Source: an uncultured virus (IMG/VR IMGVR_UViG_3300035539_000076) (taxonomy: Duplodnaviria > Heunggongvirae > Uroviricota > Caudoviricetes). Taken from it: a stretch of DNA of 64,000 nt. The stretch lies in IMG/VR virus record IMGVR_UViG_3300035539_000076; one strand, given 5' to 3'. The notes below the pieces were generated by a model. It ran no database searches and was not told the origin of the DNA. It was given only the letters and a program-made list of their open reading frames with translations. Shown here one piece after another: positions 47,590 to 57,882 of the stretch (positions are counted from its first letter, which is position 1; each line of letters begins with the position of its first letter). The position numbers and the translations under genes were made by a program.

Positions 47590-48114
47590 TTATAGTTCTA
47601 AAATATCTTGTATAGTATTATTTAACATATTATCTATAGATTTATTAGTAGATAAAAACACAACTATACTTTCTATATTGTATTCATCTAACGGATATTG
47701 TTCATAAAATATTTGTTCTAATACTTTCCAATAAAGGTAAACCCTTTTTGCTTTTTCTTGAATCGAAAATTCATCGTTATTCATAACTTTTTTAAAATAA
47801 TCCTCTAATTCATCTTCTATTTCTTGTTTGGTTGTTATAAGTAAATAGACATCTACTTCGTTTTCATTATGATTAATGACTATATTGCTAATTTTATTAA
47901 CTGGGATATAACTAGTAGTTTCACCATTAACTACCCCGTATAAACGTTTTTCTCCTTCTTCCTCTATAATTTCAAAATCATCTAACAGTTCAGAAGAGCC
48001 TATCATACCAGACATCATATATGTAGTTAAAAAACCATACATATCTTTTATTTTTTCTTTTAACACTTTAAAATTACCTTCTATATTATATATTCTAGTT
48101 ACATCTACATTCAT
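47590..48114 (-). CDS. Hypothetical protein
   Basis: 174 aa, SD AAGGAG. Confidence 0.6.
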   Translation of the reverse strand: MNVDVTRIYNIEGNFKVLKEKIKDMYGFLTTYMMSGMIGSSELLDDFEIIEEEGEKRLYGVVNGETTSYIPVNKISNIVINHNENEVDVYLLITTKQEIEDELEDYFKKVMNNDEFSIQEKAKRVYLYWKVLEQIFYEQYPLDEYNIESIVVFLSTNKSIDNMLNNTIQDILEL

Positions 48115-48127
48115 TCAATTCAACTCC

Positions 48128-48634
48128 TTATAAATTATCATAATAACCACCAGATTTGTTTAAATTAACATTTTTAAAACTGCATCCCACTATTTTATTA
48201 TCAATAACTTTAAAATTAAAAGATATCTTTTTACCAGTTTCATTAGTAGCTGATGTATCTATTAGTTTTATTATAACATTTTCCTCTTTAATAGTTTCTA
48301 TATTCAAACTTTTGAAATTATACTTACTAAAAATTTCCTGTATTTCTTCATATCTTGTATAAAAATTTCTATTTAAAGATTCCTCTCTTGTCTTTTTTAA
48401 AAATTCAGTCAAATCACTAGCCAAATCAGCTTTTATTTGTCCAAGTTCTTTATAAATATATAAACCATTTATATAAACTTCAGAATCTATAAAATCGGTA
48501 TCTTTGTATTTTTTACCTATTCCAACCTTCACAGCATTTAAATCAATAACAAATATCATTTCGCCTTGATGTATAATTGGATTTTCTTTTTCCCAATTAT
48601 CTTTATAATCTCTTTTCAACAGAAAATGAGTCAT
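48128..48634 (-). CDS. Protein with Mtd/hyaluronidase-N-like N-terminus
   Basis: KRD..NW..ENPII..GE..F..D...KVG.G resembles the NPxLxxGExxxExDTxxxKxGDG motif. Confidence 0.5.
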   Translation of the reverse strand: MTHFLLKRDYKDNWEKENPIIHQGEMIFVIDLNAVKVGIGKKYKDTDFIDSEVYINGLYIYKELGQIKADLASDLTEFLKKTREESLNRNFYTRYEEIQEIFSKYNFKSLNIETIKEENVIIKLIDTSATNETGKKISFNFKVIDNKIVGCSFKNVNLNKSGGYYDNL

Positions 48635-48709
48635 TTATATACCACCTTCTAAATTTAATCTAAAAAACATTGAGGCTTTAATAATATATTAATTAAATAT
48701 GAAATCATT

Positions 48710-49063
48710 TTAAGCATCAACGTCTTCACTATCATCAACAGATTGGTAACTTAAAACATTATATTTAATAGACTGAACAATTTTAGAAATTTCATCAATA
48801 TACTTATTTGTTGTAAAAACAACATACTCATCATTAACAGTAGAAAATATTTTAACGCTTATGTAATCATAACCATCTTCATCTTCTATTGGAACACAAA
48901 CTGAAACTTTATTAACCGTATCTGGAAAAACATCACTTACATCCATCTTTATTTCCTTTAAAGAATCTTCACCAAACAATCCAATTAAAAATCCAACAAA
49001 ACTAGAAACATCTTTAAACTTCTTTTCATTTTGATTTGCCATATAAAATTCCTCCTTAGACAA
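48710..49063 (-). CDS. Hypothetical acidic protein
   Basis: Start probably MANQ behind AAGGAGG. Confidence 0.6.
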   Translation of the reverse strand: MSKEEFYMANQNEKKFKDVSSFVGFLIGLFGEDSLKEIKMDVSDVFPDTVNKVSVCVPIEDEDGYDYISVKIFSTVNDEYVVFTTNKYIDEISKIVQSIKYNVLSYQSVDDSEDVDA

Positions 49064-49125
49064 ATTTTACCATATAAATAGTTATTTAAAATAAATAGGG
49101 TGGCTCACGCCACCCATATATAAAA

Positions 49126-49893
49126 TTAATATACACTTTTTAATTCGTCATAATTTAAAGTTTCACCAATTACATCCTCTACTGCTTTATATAGACCATT
49201 TTTATTAAAGTCAGAACCATAAAAAACTCCAATTACTTCAATATATTCAACTTCTCTTCCTGGCTTATTCTCTAAATCAAAAACAGTTGCAAAAAATACT
49301 TCGCCAGCTACATGATTTTCTAATTCTTTAATTCTATTATTTAAAATCTTTTCACATTGTTCATAACTCAACCCAAATTCTTCTTGAGTTTCTTTTGGTA
49401 TAAATGCAAAACCTATTTGTCCTGAATCCCAATCATTGACAACTCCTTTACAAACAAATAATCCAGAATGATCCGTCATAGAAATTGGTTCTATAACGAC
49501 AGGTTCAAAATCTTCCATAATATTTTTTTCCATATCATCCCAATTTTCAAAATTATCAGAAGTAAAATCTACATTGTTGGGTAGATTATAACTATTATGA
49601 AATAATGCCAACTTAACTATATCATCTTCAGATACAAAATCCATAAAATAATCATCACTATAATTTATATCTATATAATATTTATCGTTATAAACACTTA
49701 AACCATGTCTGTTAATACTCAACTTTCTTTTATATACACATTCTATTTCTTCTTCAGTCAATCTATCATATGTTTTTAACGCAACTCCCATAGGTTCATC
49801 ATCTTCATGAACAATTATTTCCCCCAAATAGGGTTTATTTTTATAGCCTTTAAACTCGCCAGATTTAGCAAAAACTTTGTAAATATCAAACAT
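49126..49893 (-). CDS. Hypothetical phage protein (DHSGL..WDSGQIG motif)
   Basis: 255 aa, SD GGGAGG. Confidence 0.65.
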   Translation of the reverse strand: MFDIYKVFAKSGEFKGYKNKPYLGEIIVHEDDEPMGVALKTYDRLTEEEIECVYKRKLSINRHGLSVYNDKYYIDINYSDDYFMDFVSEDDIVKLALFHNSYNLPNNVDFTSDNFENWDDMEKNIMEDFEPVVIEPISMTDHSGLFVCKGVVNDWDSGQIGFAFIPKETQEEFGLSYEQCEKILNNRIKELENHVAGEVFFATVFDLENKPGREVEYIEVIGVFYGSDFNKNGLYKAVEDVIGETLNYDELKSVY

Positions 49894-50086
49894 ATAAAAA
49901 CCTCCCTTTATAGTTTATAAATTAATTTCCCATGTGTTAAATACTTAAAATCAATGTTAAATTGTTCACTTATTTCATTAGCTAAAAATTCATTGCAATA
50001 ATTGCCTCCTTTTTATAATTGAAAAAATTCCATTGTTAATTTATCCCCAATAAATTTTATTCTCTGTTCATATAAATGTTTTGATA

Positions 50087-51085
50087 TTATATAAAAACTT
50101 CCCCTAAAACATTGGCTTTTTTACATCTTACCTTTCCATTTTGAACAGTTATAATGTCTTCTAAATCTATTTCTGCCGCTATTAATATATCCCCCTCATT
50201 ATAATAATCTGGATCTGCAAAATGTAAACCAGACGCACAAGACTCTCTTATATCTGTATCAAAATCTAAGACTTTAACAATGCCTTTTTTATAATATCTA
50301 AAACTCTTATCATAATTACTACTCCAATCTTTATTTATTTTTTTATATAAAATAACTTTATTGTTTATTGGTAAAATGCCATAAAGATTATATAAAGCTT
50401 GTTTCCAATCTTTTTCTTTAAAAACATTATTTTTCAGAGTTCCGTATCTAACAATTTGATGATGATAAACTTTTGCATCTCCAAAAACTCTTGCATTTCC
50501 AGAAACTATTGCACCTCCAAAAATTTTTGCATTTCCAAAAACTTCTGCATCACAATAAACTTTTGTATTCCCATAAATTTCTGCATCACCATAAGCCCAT
50601 GCATTTCCAGAAACTTCTGCATTGCCATAGACTCTTGAATTTCCATAAACTTCTGCATTTTCAAAAACTATTGCACCTTCAAAAACTTCTGCATTTTCAC
50701 AAACTCTTGCATGCCCAGAAACTTTTGCGTGCCCAAAAACTTCTGCATGTCCAAAAACTTCTGCATTTTCAAAAATTTTTGCGCCTCCAAAAACTATTGC
50801 ACTTTCACAAACCTTTGCATCACCAAAAACTTCCGCATCGTCAAAAACTTTTGCATCATCATAAATTCTTGCATTTCCGTAAACTTTTGCATTGCCAAAA
50901 ACTTTTACATTCCCATAAACCCATGCGTTACCGTCATTAGATAAATTACTTTCATTTTCTAAATAACCACCCAAGTCTCCTTTTTTTATATCATCAAAAT
51001 TTTGCAACGCTTTAATTCTATACAATGTACTTCCCATAAACTCTATAGTATCTTTAGTTAATTCAAATTTTTTATCCATTTTCAT
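50087..51085 (-). CDS. Hexapeptide-repeat (VxGxAx) beta-helix phage protein
   Basis: LYRIKAL..GDLGGYLE.E.NLS..GNAWVYGN N-terminus, long VFGNAK-type array, C-terminal CASGLHF..KVRC domain. Confidence 0.85.
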   Translation of the reverse strand: MKMDKKFELTKDTIEFMGSTLYRIKALQNFDDIKKGDLGGYLENESNLSNDGNAWVYGNVKVFGNAKVYGNARIYDDAKVFDDAEVFGDAKVCESAIVFGGAKIFENAEVFGHAEVFGHAKVSGHARVCENAEVFEGAIVFENAEVYGNSRVYGNAEVSGNAWAYGDAEIYGNTKVYCDAEVFGNAKIFGGAIVSGNARVFGDAKVYHHQIVRYGTLKNNVFKEKDWKQALYNLYGILPINNKVILYKKINKDWSSNYDKSFRYYKKGIVKVLDFDTDIRESCASGLHFADPDYYNEGDILIAAEIDLEDIITVQNGKVRCKKANVLGEVFI

Positions 51086-51348
51086 TCCTCCTTTATATTA
51101 TCTAAGTTCATTTTGTTATTTTTAATTTTTTCTTTTGTTTTTCTTTTCATTATTAATCCTCCTCGTGGGCTTCTACTTTATAGATGTTTACCCTTCCATT
51201 AATTGTTAAGTATTTTTTAAAAACATCTTTAATAACTGTTTCTACAATTAAACCCTCTTTTTCATCAATTAAATACTGGTTGTACTCTTCAAATGTCATC
51301 TTTCTCCTCCTTATTATTGTAATATTAACAAGTAATATATACCAATAA

Positions 51349-51651
51349 TCAGTCTTTTTTTTTCGGTTTAGAATCTAATTTGGCTATATGCATATTTATG
51401 TATTGAATGTATAAATATGACATATAACTAATCATAACTACGAATATAAGAAATGGGGCGAATATCAGTTCCTCTGATAGCCCCAGCAATTTAGCTATGT
51501 ATATAGCAATGATGTTGTATATAGGGAATGTGAATAATTGTTTGGATGATTTGAATATCAGACTTCTCTTCTTCTTCCATTTATCGTTGGAAAATATTAT
51601 AGAACTTTTCAATTTATGAGTCAAAGCCACCAAGTTCATGTTCAAGATCAT
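51349..51651 (-). CDS. Two-TM membrane protein
   Basis: Two hydrophobic segments. Confidence 0.5.
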   Translation of the reverse strand: MILNMNLVALTHKLKSSIIFSNDKWKKKRSLIFKSSKQLFTFPIYNIIAIYIAKLLGLSEELIFAPFLIFVVMISYMSYLYIQYINMHIAKLDSKPKKKD

Positions 51652-51665
51652 AATGGCTAACGAAC

Positions 51666-52157
51666 CTAATCCTTTAAAAGTTCTTTCGCTCTTTCTATAT
51701 ATTCATCACTCATCAATTTACCATGAGTGTTGAGTTTTATGAATACTTGAATTTCTTCTTGCAGTGTAGGGTTGTTTATTTCTATTAACGGCAGAGATAA
51801 ATTGTTTATATGCCTCTGATCTTCATCTTCCAATTCAGAGAACTTAAATCCTTTATAACTCCATTTATCATGTACGTAATCTATGAGAGTTCTAAGCCTT
51901 TGTTTCCCGTCTATTATATTCAGTGAAGAATCTTCTTTCTTTTGATTTATAGTTTTACTTCTTGTGATGACTCCTATCGGAACATCTGCAAAAACACTGT
52001 CCAATAACTTTTCTTTATCTTCATGATCCCATATATCATCCCTCTGATACACAGGATTGAGATTAAGTATACCTTCTTCGTATTCAAATACAAAGCTCAT
52101 AAAATTATATGTGTATTTGTTGTAAGTCCTTTTGCCAATTAGTTTCTTAGAAAACAT
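51666..52157 (-). CDS. DUF262 (ParB-like, GmrS-type) domain protein
   Basis: PVYQRDDIW, IIDGKQRLRT, FIKLNTHGK; TTGACT-N17-TATAAT promoter at 52241-52213. Confidence 0.85.
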   Translation of the reverse strand: MFSKKLIGKRTYNKYTYNFMSFVFEYEEGILNLNPVYQRDDIWDHEDKEKLLDSVFADVPIGVITRSKTINQKKEDSSLNIIDGKQRLRTLIDYVHDKWSYKGFKFSELEDEDQRHINNLSLPLIEINNPTLQEEIQVFIKLNTHGKLMSDEYIERAKELLKD

Positions 52158-52260
52158 TCAGATCACTCCTTCATATTAATAAAAAAATAGGGAAGCGCAA
52201 TGCCTCCCTATTATTATACAGCTTTAACTTTCGAAAGTCAAACCTAAATGGGGTTTCGCG

Positions 52261-52500
52261 TTACAGCGAGAAGAATAGTAAAACCGCAGTCATATCTATA
52301 ACACCCAACACGATTCCGCCTATGGCTTTGCCGTATCCAATTTGTTGACTTGCATTGATAGCTACCCCTATAATACCTGTAATGATAGCTATTAGTCCAA
52401 ACAACAAGCCTATTACAAATAATCCTACTATCCCTGTGATGATAGAAATTATAGAAAATACCTCTCCTGCATTACTTGGTCTGTTATCCACTGTGTACAT
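52261..52500 (-). CDS. DUF4190-like small membrane protein
   Basis: SIISIITGIVG..LFGLIAIITGIIG..KAIGGIVLGVI. Confidence 0.7.
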   Translation of the reverse strand: MYTVDNRPSNAGEVFSIISIITGIVGLFVIGLLFGLIAIITGIIGVAINASQQIGYGKAIGGIVLGVIDMTAVLLFFSL

Positions 52501-52565
52501 ATAAATCCCTCCTAATATGATATGTTTATATTTTATGATATAATTACCGTTTTGTCAAGTTGAAT

Positions 52566-53042
52566 CTATATTTCGTTTTCTGATAGCTCAACTAATAACT
52601 TCCCGTATATAAATATACAAGGCACTACATGTTTTAAATCTTCGTATATTTCTTTCAATGTTGAGTAATATTGTTCTGAGTGCGGTAACAAATTTTCATA
52701 ATCATCGAATATGAATCCTTTTGATGCTTCAGTATATTCTGCCCACAAAGGCCTTGCATACTCTGTTTCTTTTTCTGGTGATAACTTTGTTGTTATAAAA
52801 TCTAAAAAATTATCTTCAGTTACTGGCCTATATCCTTCGGCCATTTTGGCTAATAGATTTAACTCTCTAAATTCTTCTTCTGTATCTGGGTTTATAATTG
52901 CCAGAGTTCCGTTTTCAGTATCAAACAATACAACTACATCTTTCCCTGTAGCAAAAGTTGATATAATATGGTCTGGTAATATATTTATTATTGTTTCTTT
53001 TATCAATGGGGTGAATGTTGTGAAAACTTGGTCAGACATCAT
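52566..53042 (-). CDS. Hypothetical protein
   Basis: 158 aa, SD AGGAG. Confidence 0.6.
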   Translation of the reverse strand: MMSDQVFTTFTPLIKETIINILPDHIISTFATGKDVVVLFDTENGTLAIINPDTEEEFRELNLLAKMAEGYRPVTEDNFLDFITTKLSPEKETEYARPLWAEYTEASKGFIFDDYENLLPHSEQYYSTLKEIYEDLKHVVPCIFIYGKLLVELSENEI

Positions 53043-53278
53043 AACCCACTCCTTTCTATATCATTGATCTTTTCCATAAGCATTGCATGCGGTATCCTTT
53101 TGCTTTTATTGTCGCTTATCATGTTTAAATGTTTCCCTGTAGTTCTGGAAAATTCGTTTTCTGATACCCAGAATTTGCCATTATGTCTTACAGCTATAGG
53201 TGTGTTGTAGCTGATATAAAATGTTGTTTTATTTATTTCTATTTCATAAAAATTAGCTTTTAATAGTTTGACTTTCAT
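53039..53278 (-). CDS. Small phage protein (SYxTPIA..SRTTGKHLN motif)
   Basis: 79 aa, SD AAGGAG. Confidence 0.7.
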   Translation of the reverse strand: MKVKLLKANFYEIEINKTTFYISYNTPIAVRHNGKFWVSENEFSRTTGKHLNMISDNKSKRIPHAMLMEKINDIERSGL

Positions 53279-53382
53279 TTTTTCATCTCCTTATTTATTT
53301 GAATTAAAACCTTATATTCATTTTCTTCTTCATTTATTTAATAATAAAACAGTAGAATTATTTTATTGAAATCCAATTTCTT

Positions 53383-53835
53383 TTATATATTTAGATATAA
53401 TTTTCTAGTTAATTTTCTTACTTTTATTTTTGAAAACCAACTAGTTGGATCTTTCTGCAATTCACTAATAGATTTTTTGGTAATAATATATACGGTTGTC
53501 TTCATGGGTGTGTTGTTGTTGATTGTTATTTCTCCGTAGAGTTTATGAGTTTTATACCCTAATATAGTGAATGCATGAATCTTTTTAAAGTCAGGGAATT
53601 TATTGATTTCTTTTATAACATCAATTTCTACATGCAATTTTGTTGCCTTGTTAAAAATGATTTTAAGAAATAAAAGACAAAATATAAATACTATTCCCCC
53701 TATTAATAAAGGCATTGTGCCAAAAACTAATATACTGATTATCCATGCAATTAAATAATACGGCAATATATAAATTACCATTTGGCCTAATAAATTCATT
53801 TTAATCCTCCTCTTTTTCAACCTTTCTACCTGCAA
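53383..53835 (-). CDS. Two-TM membrane protein
   Basis: Start probably MNLLG behind GAGGAGG. Confidence 0.6.
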   Translation of the reverse strand: MQVERLKKRRIKMNLLGQMVIYILPYYLIAWIISILVFGTMPLLIGGIVFIFCLLFLKIIFNKATKLHVEIDVIKEINKFPDFKKIHAFTILGYKTHKLYGEITINNNTPMKTTVYIITKKSISELQKDPTSWFSKIKVRKLTRKLYLNI

Positions 53836-53895
53836 AAACGGATAATACTAAAATTAATATCAACAAAGATACCAGTAACATTTTTCTCTTTATTC

Positions 53896-54414
53896 TTATT
53901 TCGCCTTATGATTAATTTTTAAATTTCTAGCTTTTTCTTCCATTTGATTTTTAGTATCATCACGAAGTCCTAATATAACACTGTCCAATCTATCTAGTTC
54001 TTTTCTAATACTTTCAGCAAGTTCTATTTCCCTTTCTTTCCTTCTTCCCGCAGTGCGTATATAATCTTTTATTTCATCTACTGTGTTTATCTTAACTAAA
54101 ACATCTGAAAATTCTTTAGAATATTCGAATTCTTGTTCGAATTCTTGTTTATTTATTACTACAGTTTTGCCATTGGAAAAAATATCTGTGCCTTTTATCT
54201 TTAATATACAGACAGGTTTTTCCACAGGGTTTTTATCGGGATCAAATCTATACAAAGTTTCTTCTATGAATTCGTATAATTCCCCTGTTCTCTTTTCTAC
54301 GTAAATGCCTTTTCTCATATTTGCTTTCTCCTTCTTTTTATTTTTTCTACTTTCTCTTGCTTGAAATAAAAGCTCATAGTTTGAATCTTTATAATTCATA
54401 TAGTTTGGACACAT
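53896..54414 (-). CDS. Hypothetical protein with coiled-coil C-terminus
   Basis: Start probably MRKGIY behind AAGGAG. Confidence 0.6.
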   Translation of the reverse strand: MCPNYMNYKDSNYELLFQARESRKNKKKEKANMRKGIYVEKRTGELYEFIEETLYRFDPDKNPVEKPVCILKIKGTDIFSNGKTVVINKQEFEQEFEYSKEFSDVLVKINTVDEIKDYIRTAGRRKEREIELAESIRKELDRLDSVILGLRDDTKNQMEEKARNLKINHKAK

Positions 54415-54418
54415 ACAA

Positions 54419-54919
54419 TCATGTCCATTGAATTACACCATATTTTGTTTCAGTGTATTCCCCTGAGGCTTTATAATCTTTGACTATTTGTTCTATATTG
54501 AATTGTATATCTATGTTTTTGGCTTGGTTTTCTGCAGCAGCCATAATCAAATCTTCTATTTGTTCTTCTGCATATTCTCTTGCCAAATCTTCTAAAGTCT
54601 GATCAGGATAATAATTATAGTTGAAATAATTTGGTATTTCTTTGTAGTCCCCTAAAGCTTCTATAAGAGCTAGAGCTTCATTTTCAACTAACCCATCTAT
54701 GTATTCTAATACTTCAAAAAGTCTTTCAATGTCATCATCTTTTTTTACTTCAAATGGAATGCCTTCGGTTTTTCCTATATAGATTTTGTTTGGATCATCT
54801 ACTCCAAATTCTTCCATGAAGTCTTGTTCCATATCTTCCCAAACATTGTCAAAAGGGTATTCAAACCATTTACCCCTTTCCTTGCCTTCTTTGCCTAAAC
54901 ATGCAATAAATACTTTCAT
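54419..54919 (-). CDS. ardA: ArdA-like antirestriction (DNA-mimic) protein
   Basis: MKVFIACLGK..GKWFEYP N-terminus, acidic body, C-terminal KDY..GEYTETKYGVI; start at 54919 behind AAGGAGG. Confidence 0.7.
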   Translation of the reverse strand: MKVFIACLGKEGKERGKWFEYPFDNVWEDMEQDFMEEFGVDDPNKIYIGKTEGIPFEVKKDDDIERLFEVLEYIDGLVENEALALIEALGDYKEIPNYFNYNYYPDQTLEDLAREYAEEQIEDLIMAAAENQAKNIDIQFNIEQIVKDYKASGEYTETKYGVIQWT

Positions 54920-55052
54920 TTTACTACCTCCTTTAAGTTTGTGATTATAACATATAATATATTCCAAAAATTATATGTGTTGATATAAAAATAACCCTGC
55001 CGTGGCAAGGTCATTTGAGTATATTGAATTCAGTGTAATCTTTAGTAGGCTT

Positions 55053-55985
55053 TTAACTATCTTGTATTTGAATATAGTGATAATCTTCATCTTTTTTTCT
55101 TATATAGAGTTTGTATTTATGCACTCCCATACCGCCTTGATAACGGTCTGTTATTATAAACTCTATTTTATCCAGATCTAACCTTTTCAAATATTCCTTT
55201 ATATCTTGATAGGTATCTCTCTCTGGGGCGTAAATGGTTAATTGAAGACTGAACCTTTGATTTTTAAGATCATCTTCAGACACAACCTGTTCTTTAACCG
55301 TAGTTATATCATTTGTATTATTACATATATGAAAATCTATATATTCTTCCACATTTTTTTTCAAACAGTCATTACATACATAATGATCTTCAAATAGAAA
55401 ATCACCTTCATTGTAAAAATCTTCGTTTTTTAATATCTTGTCGCATTCATCACACACTATATAACTTTCAGTGGCGTCTTTATGATATTTGTTAAAAATA
55501 CCTCTCTTTAAGATAGATATTATTTCATCATTATGCACATCGGTGATTATATATATTTCGTCTTTAGTGCCTTTATTTGCGATGTGAAAACATTTTTTAT
55601 ACTTTTCCATACAAATACTCTCAAGTTTATTTTCGTATTCGTCTATGGCCTTTCTAACCTCTTCTGATATATCATGCTCGTTTCTACCTTCGAAATCTAA
55701 CATATAATCCCATCCTATGTACAGATGTTCTCCATCGTGGGCAGGACGTGTTCCTTGATAACTTATACCACCAAATACATCCAGTTCTATATTTGATATG
55801 TTGTTACTGGTTGGGAATAAATCTAATTCTTCTTCAGTAATTTGGATATAAGCACAGAACCAATCTTGCCTTTCATCTTCTTTTTTTAGTATATTCCTTT
55901 CTATAACCCAGTATCTTCCAAAATGATGTCCATGCATAACGATAGTGTTGTGTGGTTTTGTTTGTTTAATTTCCATTTTTTTCAC
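55053..55985 (-). CDS. Multidomain hypothetical protein with CxxC..CxxC zinc finger
   Basis: WFCAYI..GGISY..IGWDY domain, CDEC..CNDC. Confidence 0.65.
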   Translation of the reverse strand: MKKMEIKQTKPHNTIVMHGHHFGRYWVIERNILKKEDERQDWFCAYIQITEEELDLFPTSNNISNIELDVFGGISYQGTRPAHDGEHLYIGWDYMLDFEGRNEHDISEEVRKAIDEYENKLESICMEKYKKCFHIANKGTKDEIYIITDVHNDEIISILKRGIFNKYHKDATESYIVCDECDKILKNEDFYNEGDFLFEDHYVCNDCLKKNVEEYIDFHICNNTNDITTVKEQVVSEDDLKNQRFSLQLTIYAPERDTYQDIKEYLKRLDLDKIEFIITDRYQGGMGVHKYKLYIRKKDEDYHYIQIQDS

Positions 55986-56075
55986 CCCTTTAAAATTTGT
56001 AATTATAACATATAATATATACCAAAAAAATAGTAATTTTATAGTATACTTTTATGGTATCACGTTTTTTTATGT

Positions 56076-56104
56076 TTGACAATAAGGGTTTCGTGGTTTA
56101 TAAT
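56076..56104 (+). promoter_or_regulatory. Consensus sigma-70 promoter
   Basis: TTGACA(56076-56081)-N17-TATAAT(56099-56104). Confidence 0.85.
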
Positions 56105-56137
56105 AATAAAGACCCTATTATATGGAGGTTGATATAT

Positions 56138-56608
56138 ATGGCTATAACAGACATTTTGAATATCATTGCAATTGTTGGAGTAATAATAGCTTTATGGATT
56201 GTAAGGAAATCTATTTTTGAACAAAGGAAAAATCAAGATAATGTTTCTCAGACCATAAAAGAAATAAAAACTTTGTATGAACGTAATTTGATTGATTATA
56301 ATGAAAAATTTAACCAATTGCAAACAGAATTTGTAAAGGAACAAATTAGAGGAGATGAACTTTTTAAACAAAAAGAAACTTTTGAACATAGAGCTTTGGA
56401 ATATAAGAAAAATGCGCAGGAACATTATGACCAATTTTTACTTTGCAGAGAGAAGAATTTGAAGTTGAAAAGAGAAAATGATATACTTAAAAATATAATG
56501 AAACAAACATATAATAAATGTGGAGTAGAATTACAGAATTTTATAGAACAACAGTTAAACAACACCAACATAACAGATGTAGTTGGCAAAGAAGAAGAGG
56601 GGGAATGA
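56138..56608 (+). CDS. Single-TM coiled-coil protein
   Basis: Start at ATG 56138 behind GGAGGT; TM ILNIIAIVGVIIALWIV. Confidence 0.7.
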   Translation: MAITDILNIIAIVGVIIALWIVRKSIFEQRKNQDNVSQTIKEIKTLYERNLIDYNEKFNQLQTEFVKEQIRGDELFKQKETFEHRALEYKKNAQEHYDQFLLCREKNLKLKRENDILKNIMKQTYNKCGVELQNFIEQQLNNTNITDVVGKEEEGE

Positions 56609-56937
56609 CTTTGTTTATAACACATGGGGAATATTTAGAATGGAAAGATAAAGAAAAGGATATGTCTTTTGAAGAAAAAATGAAATTAGAGAAAGTAGAT
56701 GAAGATCCTCACATATTGGAACTATATAAGAACTCAGCAGGTAAATATTATTTAAAAGTATTGTATGCAGAACCTAATTGTTGGGAGACTTTTACTAAAG
56801 AAGCTCAAAAGTATTTAAAAGATAGTAATGAACAACAAATATTTGATACAATTGCCATACTCTATGAAATGCATGAAAACCATTTGACCAAAATGCAAGA
56901 TCATTTTGTAAAAGTATTTGAGGAGAAAGATGTATAG
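56605..56937 (+). CDS. Hypothetical protein
   Basis: Start MTLFITH behind GAGGGGG, ATGA overlap. Confidence 0.6.
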   Translation: MTLFITHGEYLEWKDKEKDMSFEEKMKLEKVDEDPHILELYKNSAGKYYLKVLYAEPNCWETFTKEAQKYLKDSNEQQIFDTIAILYEMHENHLTKMQDHFVKVFEEKDV

Positions 56938-57154
56938 GGTATGTCAAAGATGCGGTAGACTACTTACAGATCCTGAATCTCAAGCTAGAGGATATGGCCC
57001 AGAATGTTATGAAAAAGAGTTTGGGGTTTCAGCTCATGGTGTTAGACATCATCATACCTCTCATAAAAAGGTTCCAGAAAATCAACTATCTTTATTTGAC
57101 AACGAAAGTGAGGCTGAACAAGAAGATGTACATAATGGTAAACAACAGAGATGA
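56930..57154 (+). CDS. DUF6011-like zinc-finger protein
   Basis: CQRCGRLLTDPESQARGYGPEC. Confidence 0.8.
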   Translation: MYRVCQRCGRLLTDPESQARGYGPECYEKEFGVSAHGVRHHHTSHKKVPENQLSLFDNESEAEQEDVHNGKQQR

Positions 57155-57443
57155 ACTAAAAAGAGTAATACAACTACTGAAAAAAGATTTTGTTTGGAGA
57201 AACGGCCAAGAACTAGATAAATTCAACCCATATGATACCAAGTTTTTTAAGTTCTTAGAAGGGGAACAAAAGATATTGTTGGATACCAACAGTATAGTCA
57301 AGTTCGAAACTCCGACAGGTAAAAAATCTACCATAGAATGGTCGGTGAATGTTGCAGATGTCGAAGATGTTGAAAACTTGTACAAACAGCCAGATGTCAT
57401 AAAGGTGGGTAACATGTCTTTAGAAGATAAGAGCTGGTTATAA
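57135..57443 (+). CDS. Hypothetical protein
   Basis: 3' part of track ORF 56994..57443; exact start uncertain. Confidence 0.5.
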   Translation: MVNNRDELKRVIQLLKKDFVWRNGQELDKFNPYDTKFFKFLEGEQKILLDTNSIVKFETPTGKKSTIEWSVNVADVEDVENLYKQPDVIKVGNMSLEDKSWL

Positions 57444-57559
57444 TGATGGTTTATCTCGGGGTAATATTGTTTTCTATTTTTATAATTGTTTTGGTAGTGG
57501 GGATCAGAATAGATTTAGATATAATTCAACAGAACACAAATTTAAAGGAGGAATGTTCA

Positions 57560-57850
57560 ATGGTTAAGTACATTACTGAACAAGAAAAAGAAATGTTGGA
57601 TGAGGTGACTAATTTTTGTAAAGATTATATCGGAACAACGCTTGAAGAGATGTTATCTGCTTTACAAAAGGAATTTCATATCTCTGCCAATGACATCAGC
57701 AAAGAAAGTGAAAAAAGAGGAATTACTGAAGACAAAAAAATTAAACAAGCTGAGGGAATATTGGTTCTTACTCAACCAAAAAGCATTTTCCTTATCGTTC
57801 AAAAAACAAACGGCAAAATAACGTCTATGGAAATAGAAACGTGTTCATAA
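57560..57850 (+). CDS. Tandem paralogue A
   Basis: MVKYITEQEKEMLDEVTNFCKDYIGTT..; SD AAGGAGG; upstream in-frame extension from 57443 possible. Confidence 0.7.
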   Translation: MVKYITEQEKEMLDEVTNFCKDYIGTTLEEMLSALQKEFHISANDISKESEKRGITEDKKIKQAEGILVLTQPKSIFLIVQKTNGKITSMEIETCS

Positions 57851-57882
57851 CAAAATCACTCAGACAACAGGAGGGGAATTTA

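Noticed and set aside
50473..50940. Plus-strand QKLLH-repeat ORF and overlapping KNFC-repeat ORFs
   Set aside because: Antisense shadows of the 18-bp periodic hexapeptide gene 50087..51085
52181..52241. Promoter firing directly into a terminator as a tiny RNA gene
   Set aside because: The expected start site lies inside the 5' arm of the hairpin, so this transcript likely escapes it; simpler reading is terminator for upstream genes overlapped with the DUF262 promoter
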